The position numbers were made by a program, and so were the translations under genes. Below are positions 64,000-64,000 of a stretch of DNA of 64,000 bases, piece after piece (position 1 is the first letter of the stretch; the number at the start of each line of letters is the position of its first letter). The notes below the pieces were generated by a model. That model saw nothing but the letters and a program-made list of their open reading frames with translations. It was not told the DNA's origin and did no database searches. This DNA is from an uncultured Planctomycetota bacterium. GTDB lineage: Bacteria; Planctomycetota; Planctomycetia; Isosphaerales; Isosphaeraceae. The stretch spans positions 2,336,001 through 2,400,000 of the forward strand of contig CAWGMQ010000004.1 in assembly GCA_963823665.1 (NCBI GenBank), read 5' to 3'.

Positions 64000-64000
64000 G

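Overview
Gene-dense 64 kb chromosomal segment with about 44 CDSs. It is most likely from a planctomycete (Isosphaeraceae-like), judged from a DUF1559 prepilin-like protein, a PVC-type CxxCH heme protein, LEPR-XLL-like signals, PEP-CTERM proteins and a DWG-type Ser/Thr kinase-TPR. Housekeeping genes include surE, glgC, kdsD-kdsC, a lacD-like aldolase, glpX, uup, an htrA-like protease and crcB. No rRNA, tRNA, CRISPR array or transposase was seen. Six frameshifts split five otherwise intact genes, all next to GCGC, and are probably sequencing errors. Most interesting observations: (1) a highly structured intergenic region (44016-44350) with three hairpins that have different stems but an identical core reading CAGGGACG on the minus strand, a candidate CsrB/RsmZ-like CsrA-sponge sRNA outside Gammaproteobacteria; (2) an operon for a PQQ alcohol dehydrogenase with the lanthanide-type D-Y-D motif, a three-domain XoxJ/MxaJ-like binding protein and a diheme cytochrome c, behind a promoter containing a palindromic operator; (3) a 1353-aa Lpt-like protein at the lptC/lptA position after kdsD-kdsC; (4) an orphan plus-strand terminator implying a ~200-nt sRNA; (5) a Uma2 nuclease gene apparently inserted between 7-bp direct repeats. 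All calls come from reading the sequence; no database searches were run.
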